Positions 7,470 through 16,181 of a DNA stretch of 19,319 nucleotides are shown piece by piece (the stretch's first letter is position 1; each line of letters starts with the position of its first letter). The translations under genes were made by a program, and so were the position numbers. This DNA comes from Kofleriaceae bacterium. Lineage in GTDB: Bacteria > Myxococcota_A > Polyangia > Haliangiales > Haliangiaceae. The stretch lies in assembly GCA_046597055.1 (NCBI GenBank), contig JBKJLC010000203.1, positions 1 through 19,319 of the forward strand, in the 5' to 3' direction. The notes beneath the pieces were generated by a model, which worked only from the letters and a program-made list of their open reading frames with translations, was not told the DNA's origin and made no database searches.

Positions 7470-8696
7470 TCACAATCCACGGGCGACCGCGAACTCGAAG
7501 GTCATGACGGTCCCCTGGTACTCGCCAGGTGCGAGATTCGCCCGGCTGGGAAAGTCGACGACCTCGTCCGAGTTGTCGGGCACGGTACGCGGAGGCCCAC
7601 CTGAGACATCCCCTGCGAGGTCGACCTTCCACCGGCCGAGCCTGATGCCCGCCCCGACCGCCCCCCCGACCTTGTTGCGGTCGAGGTACTGGCGCTCGAG
7701 GGTCCGGTCGGGCACCGCGTTGCCGTCGAAGTAGACGCCGGTCCGTAACGCCAGCCGACGATTGAGCTGCCAGTCGATCCCGGCGCGGGCGGTGAGCGTG
7801 TTGTCCCAGTCGAGCGGGAAGGACTGGTTGGCACCGTCGTTGCCGGGGAACTGCACCTGCAGGTTCTCGAAGCGCGACCACTGGGTCCACTCGAGCTGGG
7901 TGGAGATGCGCACGGCGTTGGTGGCGGCGAGCGCCACGCCGACCGCCGCCGACTGGGGCCATGCCTGCTCGTGCGCGACCTGGACATCGAGGTCGCCCTG
8001 GCCGGGGAGCTCGAGCGTCCCTTCACCCGCGACGTCGACGGTCAACCCGCTCCGCCAAACGCCGCCGAGCGTGACCCGCGGGTGCGGGCGCCACATCGCG
8101 CCCAGGCTGGCGCCGACGCCGATCCCGGTCCCGCGCAGGTCGCTGGTCACCGGCCGGTCGGTCGCCTTGGCCATGAACAGGCCGACGCCGACGCGCACGG
8201 TCGCGCCCACGCTGAACCGGTCGTTCACCCGGTAGCCGAGCCCGGTCACCAGCTCGAGCACCAGCTCCCGGGTCTCGTCGATCGCCGGCGCGCCGGTGAC
8301 CGGGTAGGCCAGCTGGCCACCGTAGGTGTTCCAGACCCCGGCGCCCAGGGTCACCCGGTCGCTGACCCTGACGAGCACGCCGAGCACCGGCACCGGGCGC
8401 AGCGGATTTGCCGGCGACTGCGCGGGCCCGCGGGCGCCGTCGGGGTCGATCGGCACGTACGAGCGTGGCGCCTTCACCAGCTCGACCCCGACGTGGACCG
8501 CCGGATCGGCGAACGCGGCGCCGGCCGGGTTGAAGTGGAGCGCGGTCGGGTCGTCGGCGATCGCCACGAACGCCCCGCCCATGCCGACGCCGCGGGCCGA
8601 GATGTTGGTGGGCCGGGCCAGACCGCCGGCGAGCGCGGCCCCGGGTGTGCCGAGCGCGAGCCCGAGCGCCGCCACCCGCTGGATCGCGCGGCTCAT
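7470..8696 (-). CDS. OmpP1/FadL family outer-membrane transporter (long-chain fatty acid/hydrophobic compound channel)
   Basis: Start ATG 8696 (ATGA overlap with upstream stop); signal peptide ending AALA, then GGLARPTNISARGVGMGGAFVAIADDPTALHFNPAG hatch motif; EWTQWSRF, WDNTLTARAG, LRTGVYFDGNAVP. Confidence 0.92.
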   Translation of the reverse strand: MSRAIQRVAALGLALGTPGAALAGGLARPTNISARGVGMGGAFVAIADDPTALHFNPAGAAFADPAVHVGVELVKAPRSYVPIDPDGARGPAQSPANPLRPVPVLGVLVRVSDRVTLGAGVWNTYGGQLAYPVTGAPAIDETRELVLELVTGLGYRVNDRFSVGATVRVGVGLFMAKATDRPVTSDLRGTGIGVGASLGAMWRPHPRVTLGGVWRSGLTVDVAGEGTLELPGQGDLDVQVAHEQAWPQSAAVGVALAATNAVRISTQLEWTQWSRFENLQVQFPGNDGANQSFPLDWDNTLTARAGIDWQLNRRLALRTGVYFDGNAVPDRTLERQYLDRNKVGGAVGAGIRLGRWKVDLAGDVSGGPPRTVPDNSDEVVDFPSRANLAPGEYQGTVMTFEFAVARGL

Positions 8697-9049
8697 CGGC
8701 TGCCCTCGCTGGCTGCGGCCGGCACAGGATCGTGCGCAAGCGGCAGCGGGGCATCGATCTCGAGCGCCGCATCGACCTCGAGCGCGGCATCGATCGCCAC
8801 GGCCGCGTCGATCGCCACGGCCGCGTCGATCTCCACGGCCGCGTCGACCTCGAGCGCCGCATCGACCTCGACGCCGGCATCGATGCGCACCTCGCACTGC
8901 TTGCTGGTCAGGTTGCACCGCTCGCCCTGGGCCCGGAAGCAGTCGTTGTCGCCGCGACAGCTGCGCGTGGGCGGCGCGCCGTCGAACAGCGTGCAGCCGC
9001 CGAGCACCGCGGCGATCACGGCCGCGGCCAGGCCGCGCGCCGGGCTCAC
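8693..9049 (-). CDS. Small Cys-rich lipoprotein with DAA-repeat tail
   Basis: GTG 9049 (GTGA overlap, GGAGG 6 nt upstream): MSPARGLAAAVIAAVLGG-C, then CRGDNDCFRAQGERCNLTSKQC and DAAxxx repeats; 118 aa. Confidence 0.85.
   Translation of the reverse strand: MSPARGLAAAVIAAVLGGCTLFDGAPPTRSCRGDNDCFRAQGERCNLTSKQCEVRIDAGVEVDAALEVDAAVEIDAAVAIDAAVAIDAALEVDAALEIDAPLPLAHDPVPAAASEGSR
8751..8884. repeat. 18-bp coding tandem repeat (~7.5 copies)
   Basis: Units such as gcatcgatctcgagcgcc / gcgtcgatcgccacggcc encoding DAA(L/V)(E/A)(I/V) on the minus strand. Confidence 0.92.
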
Positions 9050-10284
9050 AGCGTGCCTCCGACCGCGAGGCCCCACGCGTCGCCGCCGATCGGCACGATC
9101 GGCGACAACGTCGGCGAGCGCGGCACCTCGGGCGTCCGCGCCAGCATGTAGACGCCGACCCCGAAGGCCGCGGCGGCCAGGCCAAAGCCGACGTTCGACA
9201 CCAGCCCGAGCTGACGGGCGCGATCGACCCGCTCCTGGATGTCGGCGCGGGTCCGGACCGGCACCACCGCCCCGGTCTCGGCCAGCGTGCTGGTCGGCGG
9301 CCGGGCCCGCTCGATCGCCCACAGGTCGCGGGCGTCGTCCTCGGCCCGCCCGGCGAGCAGGCCGGTGACCGCGCCGACCGCACCCAGGCCGACCGCGCTC
9401 AGGATCGCCACGCGGCCGATGCGCCGGCGCCGATCGATCGCGCCGGTGGCGATCATGTCGACGACGACCGTGATCTCCTGGCCGCGCGACACCCGCACCA
9501 CCCGGCGGGCTGGATACCGGCCGGGCGCGGTCAGGTCGAGCTGATGGTCGCCGGGCCGCAGCACGTAGCGGCCGCGCTCGTCGACGGTCGCGAGCGCGCC
9601 GTCGACCGCGACCTGGGCGCCGGGTGGCGCGGTCACCACGATCCAGCCGATGTCGGCGACCGGGGGCGGCTCGGTGCCGACCGCGCCCTCGCCCGCCACC
9701 GCCGCGACCTCTTCGAGCGTGAGCGCGACGTCGGTGACCACCCCGGGCAGCACCTTGGCGGTCACGCGCGCCTCCTTCCAGCCGGCCTTCTGGACCAGGA
9801 CCTCGACCTCGCCGGCGGCGATCGCGCGCGGCGCCAGCGGGGTCGCGCCGTACTTGAGACCGGCGATCGTCACGGTGGCGCCCCCGACATTGGCGTTGAC
9901 GTGGATCGCGCCGCCGCCCTCGACCATGTCGGCGAACGCCGGCAGGCCGAGTGCGGTGCGGCAGTCGTCGTGGAGCTTGCGGGTCGCGCCGATCTCGCTC
10001 GACAGCGGGTTGGCCTCGATGGCCGACCGCGCCGACAGGATGCACTCCTCCCACTTCTGCTCGGCGGCGGCGACCGCGGCCAGGAACCGGTGCGGGCCCG
10101 GCAGGCTCGGCTGCAGGTCGCGCGCGGTCGCGAGGTGGCCGCGCGCAGCGTCGTACTTGCCGAGGCGGAAGGCGTCGATGCCGGCCTGGTACTCGCGGGT
10201 GAAGGCGGGGGATGGCTTGGGCTGCGCAAGGGCGGCGGTCGCCAGCGCGACCTGCACGACCAGCCCGACGAGGAGCGATCTCAT
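9046..10284 (-). CDS. TPR + PEGA domain-containing exported protein
   Basis: Start ATG 10284, 2 nt after the upstream stop; signal peptide ending AALA; TPR-like YQAGIDAFRLGKYDAARGHL; two PEGA-like units (VNANVGGATVTIAG..GATPL; VTAPPGAQVAVDG..PGDHQLDLTAPG); two C-terminal Gly-rich hydrophobic helices. Confidence 0.88.
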   Translation of the reverse strand: MRSLLVGLVVQVALATAALAQPKPSPAFTREYQAGIDAFRLGKYDAARGHLATARDLQPSLPGPHRFLAAVAAAEQKWEECILSARSAIEANPLSSEIGATRKLHDDCRTALGLPAFADMVEGGGAIHVNANVGGATVTIAGLKYGATPLAPRAIAAGEVEVLVQKAGWKEARVTAKVLPGVVTDVALTLEEVAAVAGEGAVGTEPPPVADIGWIVVTAPPGAQVAVDGALATVDERGRYVLRPGDHQLDLTAPGRYPARRVVRVSRGQEITVVVDMIATGAIDRRRRIGRVAILSAVGLGAVGAVTGLLAGRAEDDARDLWAIERARPPTSTLAETGAVVPVRTRADIQERVDRARQLGLVSNVGFGLAAAAFGVGVYMLARTPEVPRSPTLSPIVPIGGDAWGLAVGGTL

Positions 10285-10286
10285 GC

Positions 10287-12557
10287 TCACTGGCTCGGAT
10301 CGTCGCGGCCGCCGGTGCCACCGCCGTAGCGATCCCACACGTTGACGTTGCCGGTGCCGGGCTTGCCGCCGGTGCCGACGCCGGTCCCGGGCCGCTTGCC
10401 GCCGCCGTCGTCAATGATGACCGGCCGGTCGGACTTGACCTGGGTCGCGAACGCCTTGGCCTCGCCGTCGCCGGCCTGGACCTCGATCGCCAGCGTGCCG
10501 CCGGTCTGCTTGAGCCGCGACAGCTCGTCGGTCGCGAGCTGCGCGAACGCGGCCGCGTCGGCGACGTCGCGGCCGCCGATCTCGAGCACGACGTAGCTCG
10601 GCGCCAGGCCGAGATCGCGCAGCGGTCCCTTGTCGACCGCGACCAGCACCGCGCCACGCGACACCTCGGGGTGCCGCCACGCGATGTGCGGGAACACGGT
10701 CATCGCGCGGGCGCCGAGCGCCTCGACCGGTGTCTTGTAGCTGTCGACCAGCCGTTTCACCTCGGCCGCCGACACCGTGTAGGTCGCGAAGCCGACGTAC
10801 TGCTTGACGGTGCCGTTGGTGTACTCCTCCCAGTACCGGCCCGACGGGGCCGCCGGCACCGCGCCGCCGCTGGTCGCGCGCAGCGCCTTGGCCACCGCGC
10901 GCCGGGCGTCGCGGACCTCGCGGCGCGCTTGCACGCTGCGGGGATCCTTGTCGGCCGCGGCCAGCTTGGCGAGCCGGCTGGGCGCGAACAGGTTGCCGAC
11001 CCGGGTCCGCCACGCTGGATCGTCGATCCGCGTCGCGACCTCGGCGGTCAGGCCGTCGAGCGCGGCGTCACCGGCCTCGTCGACGGCGTCGTCGGGGCTG
11101 GTCGCCAGTCCCGACACGCCGACACAGGTCAGCCCGCCGGCCTCGTCCGCGCAGTAGGCTGCCAACGCCTGATCGGAGGTGATGAACGCCGGACGGGCCG
11201 CGACCGACGCGCCGGTCAGCTTGCCGCGACCGATGGCGCCGCCCCCGTCGGCGATGAACGACTTGTAGACGAAGAACGCGCCGGCGGCGAGCGCCACCGC
11301 TGCCGCCGCTGCCGTGAACGCCAGCCACACGCTGCCGCCCTGCTGCGCGGCCGCGGCCTCGGCCACCGTGGTCGCCGCCTTCTTGACCTGGACCTTGCGG
11401 TTGCGCAGGTCGAGCACCAGCTTCTTCAGCTCGCTGCTCACCACCGGCCGCGGCAAGGTCGGCAGGTGCATCATCAGGCCCTCGGGGGCCGCGCACGTCA
11501 TCGCCGTCTTGCAGTCGGGGCACTTCAGATCGGGCGGCGTCGCGAACTTGAGGACGTCGAAGTGCTCGTCGACGTCGATCAGCTGGCCGGCGGTCGTGCT
11601 GCACTTCGCGCACGTGTACGGCAGCGTGAACGACAGGACCTGGGCCTTGGGCCCGAGATCCTCGGGCCGGGTCAGCTTGTCGAGGAAGGTCGGGCCGACC
11701 GCGGTCAGGTAGATCGCCTCGGCCAGCGGCGTGACTTGCTGCAAGAAGCCGCGCCACTCGGCGGCGCCGGCCGGCTCGATCTTGCCGATGCCGGCGACGT
11801 CGAGGAGCACGATGCCCTCGAGCCCCTCGGCCAGCTTCTCGCGCGGGAAGCCCTTGTCGAGATCGCCGCCGAGCCGCACGAACGTGGTGCGGCCGTCGAT
11901 GATCTTGTCGATGCGCAGCTTGCGTGCGCTGTCGGAGACGACGTACTGAAGGCGCGCCGCGAGGAAGTTACCGACGTCGAGATCGAGGTCGAACTTCTCC
12001 TGGCCAGCCAGGTACGAGAAGAACGTCACCGGATCTTCGTTGAAGTACTGCATCTCGCCGCACTGCCCGCACGGGCGCTGCGGCGGCTTCATCGCCTTGA
12101 TCGTCTCGTGATCGCGATCGACCTGGAACAGGACCCGATCGTCCTTGTCGCAGTAGTCGCAGTGGTAGGGCGCGTAGAAGCTGAACACCCGGCCGGTGCC
12201 GGCGAAGTTCGCGACCATGTTGAGCTGGTCGACGATCTTGGGCGCGCACTCGACCAGCACGATGCGCTCGGCGTGCTTGCCGACGATGGTGATGAAGTCG
12301 ACCCACTCGCGGATGCCGAACGACGACACCTTGCGGATGTCGCCGAGGTCGAGCACCAGCGTCTGCGCCTTGATGGTCTCGGCGAGCTTCTTGCCCTCGA
12401 ACGACTCGTCGATGGTCCCGGCCAGTCGCAGGCAGACGATCCCGCCATCGGCGAACTTGTCGATCTGCAGCTTCGGTGGCGCCGGCTCGGCGATCACCGG
12501 TATCAACTGGGAGCGTGGGGCGGGGTCCATGGGGTTGCCTTGGAGTGGGTTGCTCAC
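10287..12557 (-). CDS. Membrane-anchored protein: two STAS-like/CxxC Zn-ribbon units, TM helix, LPP20-like and PDZ-like C-terminal domains
   Basis: Start GTG 12557 (GTGA overlap; alt ATG 12530). LRLAGTIDESF..LVLDLGDIRKVSSFGIREW and VRLGGDLDKGF..LLDVAGIGKIEPAGAAEW; CDYC/CGQC and CAKC/CPDC; TM VWLAFTAAAAAVALAAGAFFVY; PDZ-like GPLRDLGLAPSYVVLEIGGRDV. Confidence 0.85.
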   Translation of the reverse strand: MSNPLQGNPMDPAPRSQLIPVIAEPAPPKLQIDKFADGGIVCLRLAGTIDESFEGKKLAETIKAQTLVLDLGDIRKVSSFGIREWVDFITIVGKHAERIVLVECAPKIVDQLNMVANFAGTGRVFSFYAPYHCDYCDKDDRVLFQVDRDHETIKAMKPPQRPCGQCGEMQYFNEDPVTFFSYLAGQEKFDLDLDVGNFLAARLQYVVSDSARKLRIDKIIDGRTTFVRLGGDLDKGFPREKLAEGLEGIVLLDVAGIGKIEPAGAAEWRGFLQQVTPLAEAIYLTAVGPTFLDKLTRPEDLGPKAQVLSFTLPYTCAKCSTTAGQLIDVDEHFDVLKFATPPDLKCPDCKTAMTCAAPEGLMMHLPTLPRPVVSSELKKLVLDLRNRKVQVKKAATTVAEAAAAQQGGSVWLAFTAAAAAVALAAGAFFVYKSFIADGGGAIGRGKLTGASVAARPAFITSDQALAAYCADEAGGLTCVGVSGLATSPDDAVDEAGDAALDGLTAEVATRIDDPAWRTRVGNLFAPSRLAKLAAADKDPRSVQARREVRDARRAVAKALRATSGGAVPAAPSGRYWEEYTNGTVKQYVGFATYTVSAAEVKRLVDSYKTPVEALGARAMTVFPHIAWRHPEVSRGAVLVAVDKGPLRDLGLAPSYVVLEIGGRDVADAAAFAQLATDELSRLKQTGGTLAIEVQAGDGEAKAFATQVKSDRPVIIDDGGGKRPGTGVGTGGKPGTGNVNVWDRYGGGTGGRDDPSQ

Positions 12558-13492
12558 GGCCCTGCGAGCGCGTCGAAGAGGTGGAGCGAGCGAGCGAGCG
12601 TACGAACCTCGCGGAGGTTGAGATCGAGCTCGATCATCGCGGTGACCTCGGTATGCCGACCCGGGGACGCCTCGAAGAACATCGCGAGCGCGTTGTGATG
12701 ACAGACTGCCATGCCGAGGCCGGCGCCGCCGTGACTCTGATCCATCTCGCCGCCAGCGAGCCCGCGGGCGAGCCCGTCGACGACATGTCGGCGCTGCAGC
12801 CCGCCATACCGATCCCGCACCTGCAGGACGACCCGGGTGCCGTCGGTGGCGAGCCGCAGCCGCGCCTGCTCGTCGTCGTCCAGCGTGATCTGGGCCCGAC
12901 GATCGGCGGCGTACTTGGGCTGACCGGCCGCGTCGACCGGCGCGTCGTACATCGCGTTCATGAGCAGCTCGTGGGCGAGCTCGCTCATCATCTCCGCCAG
13001 GCGCTTGGGCACCTGCAGCGCGGTGACGAAGTCCTGCACGCGGGTCACGACCCGATCGCGCTCGGCGGTCGAGCCGACGTGCTCCTCGAAGCCGGTGTAG
13101 CCCCAGTCGAGATACGCCGCGAGCGCGGGCGCGGGCGCGGCCGGGGTGGCCGCGCGGCGCAGCACCATCATCAGCTCCCACGGCCGCGGCGCGCTCTCGA
13201 AGTCTTTGCGGCCAAGCACGTGGTTGATCGCCGGACACTCGGCGAGGTGGCGCAGCGAGCGACGCAGCGGCTCGGCGGTCCACAGCACGCCACGCGCGCC
13301 GGGATTGGCGCGGAGCGCCTCGCGCACGGCGTCACCGTCGAAGGTGTCGGCGCACACCAGCTGGGCGCCAGCGGCGGCCGCGGCCAGCCCGGTCGGATCG
13401 TCGATCACGATGGCCTCGGCGCCAGCGCTCAGGAAGTAGCGCACCAGTCGCCGACCCACGAGTTTGTTGCGTTCGAGTACGATCGCTCGCAT
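12554..13492 (-). CDS. Receiver-like domain fused to RsbW/SpoIIAB-like GHKL ATPase (putative anti-sigma-type Ser kinase)
   Basis: N-terminal IVLE / LVCAD / VLWTA receiver-like strands; N-box HELLMNAMYDA, G1-like VRDRYGG, G2 GGAGLGMAV; no HisKA helix pair evident. Confidence 0.8.
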   Translation of the reverse strand: MRAIVLERNKLVGRRLVRYFLSAGAEAIVIDDPTGLAAAAAGAQLVCADTFDGDAVREALRANPGARGVLWTAEPLRRSLRHLAECPAINHVLGRKDFESAPRPWELMMVLRRAATPAAPAPALAAYLDWGYTGFEEHVGSTAERDRVVTRVQDFVTALQVPKRLAEMMSELAHELLMNAMYDAPVDAAGQPKYAADRRAQITLDDDEQARLRLATDGTRVVLQVRDRYGGLQRRHVVDGLARGLAGGEMDQSHGGAGLGMAVCHHNALAMFFEASPGRHTEVTAMIELDLNLREVRTLARSLHLFDALAGP

Positions 13493-13572
13493 TCACGGCC
13501 TGCCCTGAGCCACGTCGAAGTGCTGCGCCCGATGGGACGTCGTCCCTCTGCGGCCCCACGCGCAGCCAGACT

Positions 13573-13601
13573 AACCTAACAGACTTGAATACCTGTCACA
13601 A
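13573..13601 (-). promoter_or_regulatory. Putative promoter for the leftward operon
   Basis: Minus strand TTGTGA-N17-TAGGTT with an extended -10 TG, in the AT-rich divergent intergenic region. Confidence 0.45.
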
Positions 13602-13609
13602 CGATCCCG

Positions 13610-13632
13610 TCATGATACGGTGTCAATCATGA
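13610..13632. promoter_or_regulatory. Inverted repeat, candidate operator
   Basis: TCATGAT-ACGGTGTCA-ATCATGA (perfect 7-bp arms, 9-nt spacer) overlapping ATG 13629. Confidence 0.4.
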
Positions 13633-14744
13633 GGTGGTCGCGTGGCTTTTCGTCCGCGATGTGCGTCGCGCTCGCCCTGTGTGGGGTAGCCACGACGGCA
13701 TCTGCGGGACCCGACGATCTGGTCGATTCGGTGAAAACGATCCGGCCACGCGCCGACCTGTCGTCGTTCCTGCTCCAGCCGGCCCAGGCCGCCGCCACCG
13801 CCCGCGACTACCCGCGGGCGATCGTCCTCTATCAGGCGCTGGTGACCGCGCGCGGGCCCGGCAGCCCCGAGGCCCGCAAGCTGGCGACGACGTGGAACCT
13901 CGCCGCTCAGAACGAGGAGGCCGCGAAGGTGTACGAGGCGCTGGCTGCCGCCACCACCGATCCGGCCGCCCGCGCCGACGCGCGCGCGCAGGCCCAGCGG
14001 CTCAGCGCGCCCGATCCGTTCCGCAAGGATCTCATCCTCCCCACGCTCGAGAAGGAGGCGAAGATCGCCTTCAAGCTCGGCCGCGCCGCCTTTGCCAAGA
14101 AGCAGTATGGCGACGCGCTGGTCTACTTCCATATCGGCTACGTGCTGGCGCCGGATCTGCCCGGGTTCCTCCGCGAGCTGGGCGCGACCTACGAGAAGCT
14201 CGACGCCAAGGACAAGAAGGTCGACTTCTACCGCGCCTACCTGCAGCGCCGGCCGTTCGGCAAGAACGCCGACATCATCCGGGCCGAGCTCGGTAAGGAC
14301 AAGAGCTCGCTCGGTCGCCTCGATCTGTCGAGCGCGCTGCCATGCGAAGAGGTCTGGATCAACCGTCAGCGCATGCCGGGCAAGCTGCCGCAGAAGAACC
14401 TCGCGGTCGCTCCCGGGCGCTACAAGGCGATGTGCCTGTCGCTGCAGTACGAGATCGCGGTCTTCGAGTACGTCACGGTCGCCGCCGGCAAGACGGTCGA
14501 CCTCCGGTTCGACTGGGCCATCGTGATCAACCGGCTCGAGGGCCCGCTGGGCCGGATCGCGATCGAGAACCCGAAAATGGCCGGGAGCCTGCTCGATCTC
14601 GGGGTGACCTCGCCCGAGGTGGGCGTGGTGGTCCCCTCCGACGGGCGCGCCCTCAAGATGATGCTCAAGGACGACGCCGGAACCCGGGTCGAAGAGCGCT
14701 CGGTGCGGATCAGGCCCGGTGAGCGCTACGTCGTGAAGTGGTGA
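13629..14744 (+). CDS. Exported TPR-repeat protein with PEGA-like C-terminal domain
   Basis: ATG 13629 (alt GTG 13620); signal peptide ending TASA; TPR-like RDYPRAIVLYQAL and AFKLGRAAFAKKQYGDALVYF...FYRAYLQRRP; PEGA-like GRLDLSS..EVWIN..VAPGRY..VTVAAGKTVDL. Confidence 0.85.
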   Translation: MRWSRGFSSAMCVALALCGVATTASAGPDDLVDSVKTIRPRADLSSFLLQPAQAAATARDYPRAIVLYQALVTARGPGSPEARKLATTWNLAAQNEEAAKVYEALAAATTDPAARADARAQAQRLSAPDPFRKDLILPTLEKEAKIAFKLGRAAFAKKQYGDALVYFHIGYVLAPDLPGFLRELGATYEKLDAKDKKVDFYRAYLQRRPFGKNADIIRAELGKDKSSLGRLDLSSALPCEEVWINRQRMPGKLPQKNLAVAPGRYKAMCLSLQYEIAVFEYVTVAAGKTVDLRFDWAIVINRLEGPLGRIAIENPKMAGSLLDLGVTSPEVGVVVPSDGRALKMMLKDDAGTRVEERSVRIRPGERYVVKW

Positions 14745-14746
14745 AG

Positions 14747-14755
14747 TGGTACATT
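14747..14755 (+). promoter_or_regulatory. Putative extended -10 element for the kinase gene
   Basis: TG-G-TACATT, 13 nt upstream of GTG 14769; no Shine-Dalgarno visible. Confidence 0.4.
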
Positions 14756-14768
14756 CGACCTCGATCCT

Positions 14769-16043
<1,275 letters not shown>

Positions 16044-16077
16044 GCCGAGCCAAGCGAGGCGGCGCTGGCTCCGTACA

Positions 16078-16109
16078 GATCGGGCGCGGCCTCCGGGCCG
16101 CGGCCGATC
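16078..16109 (+). terminator. Stable hairpin downstream of the kinase (possible terminator or stabilising structure)
   Basis: GATCGG-g-CGCGGCC-TCCG-GGCCGCG-g-CCGATC: 13 bp stem with a C(UCCG)G tetraloop; no U-tract. Confidence 0.45.
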
Positions 16110-16181
16110 GATCGACCGCGACCTCCGTGCGACGGAATCACGGCCGCCGAGCCGCCTGCGTGTGCTAACCAGGAGAGCATC

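Noticed and set aside
8751..8884. Tandem repeat as a possible CRISPR array
   Set aside because: 18-bp head-to-tail units without unique spacers, in frame within a CDS; no cas genes.
9050..10657. Long N-terminal extensions of the 654-aa ORF (likewise 637-, 536-, 998-, 678- and 421-aa ORFs)
   Set aside because: Arg/Gly/Pro-rich off-frame overlaps with real upstream genes; internal starts give signal peptides, RBSs or stop-start overlaps.
12554..13492. Classical hybrid histidine kinase
   Set aside because: No H-box/HisKA region; the ATPase lid pattern and STAS neighbour fit an RsbW-like protein better.
10212..13579. 828-aa and 367-aa plus-strand ORFs
   Set aside because: Antisense shadows of the STAS-fusion and ATPase genes.
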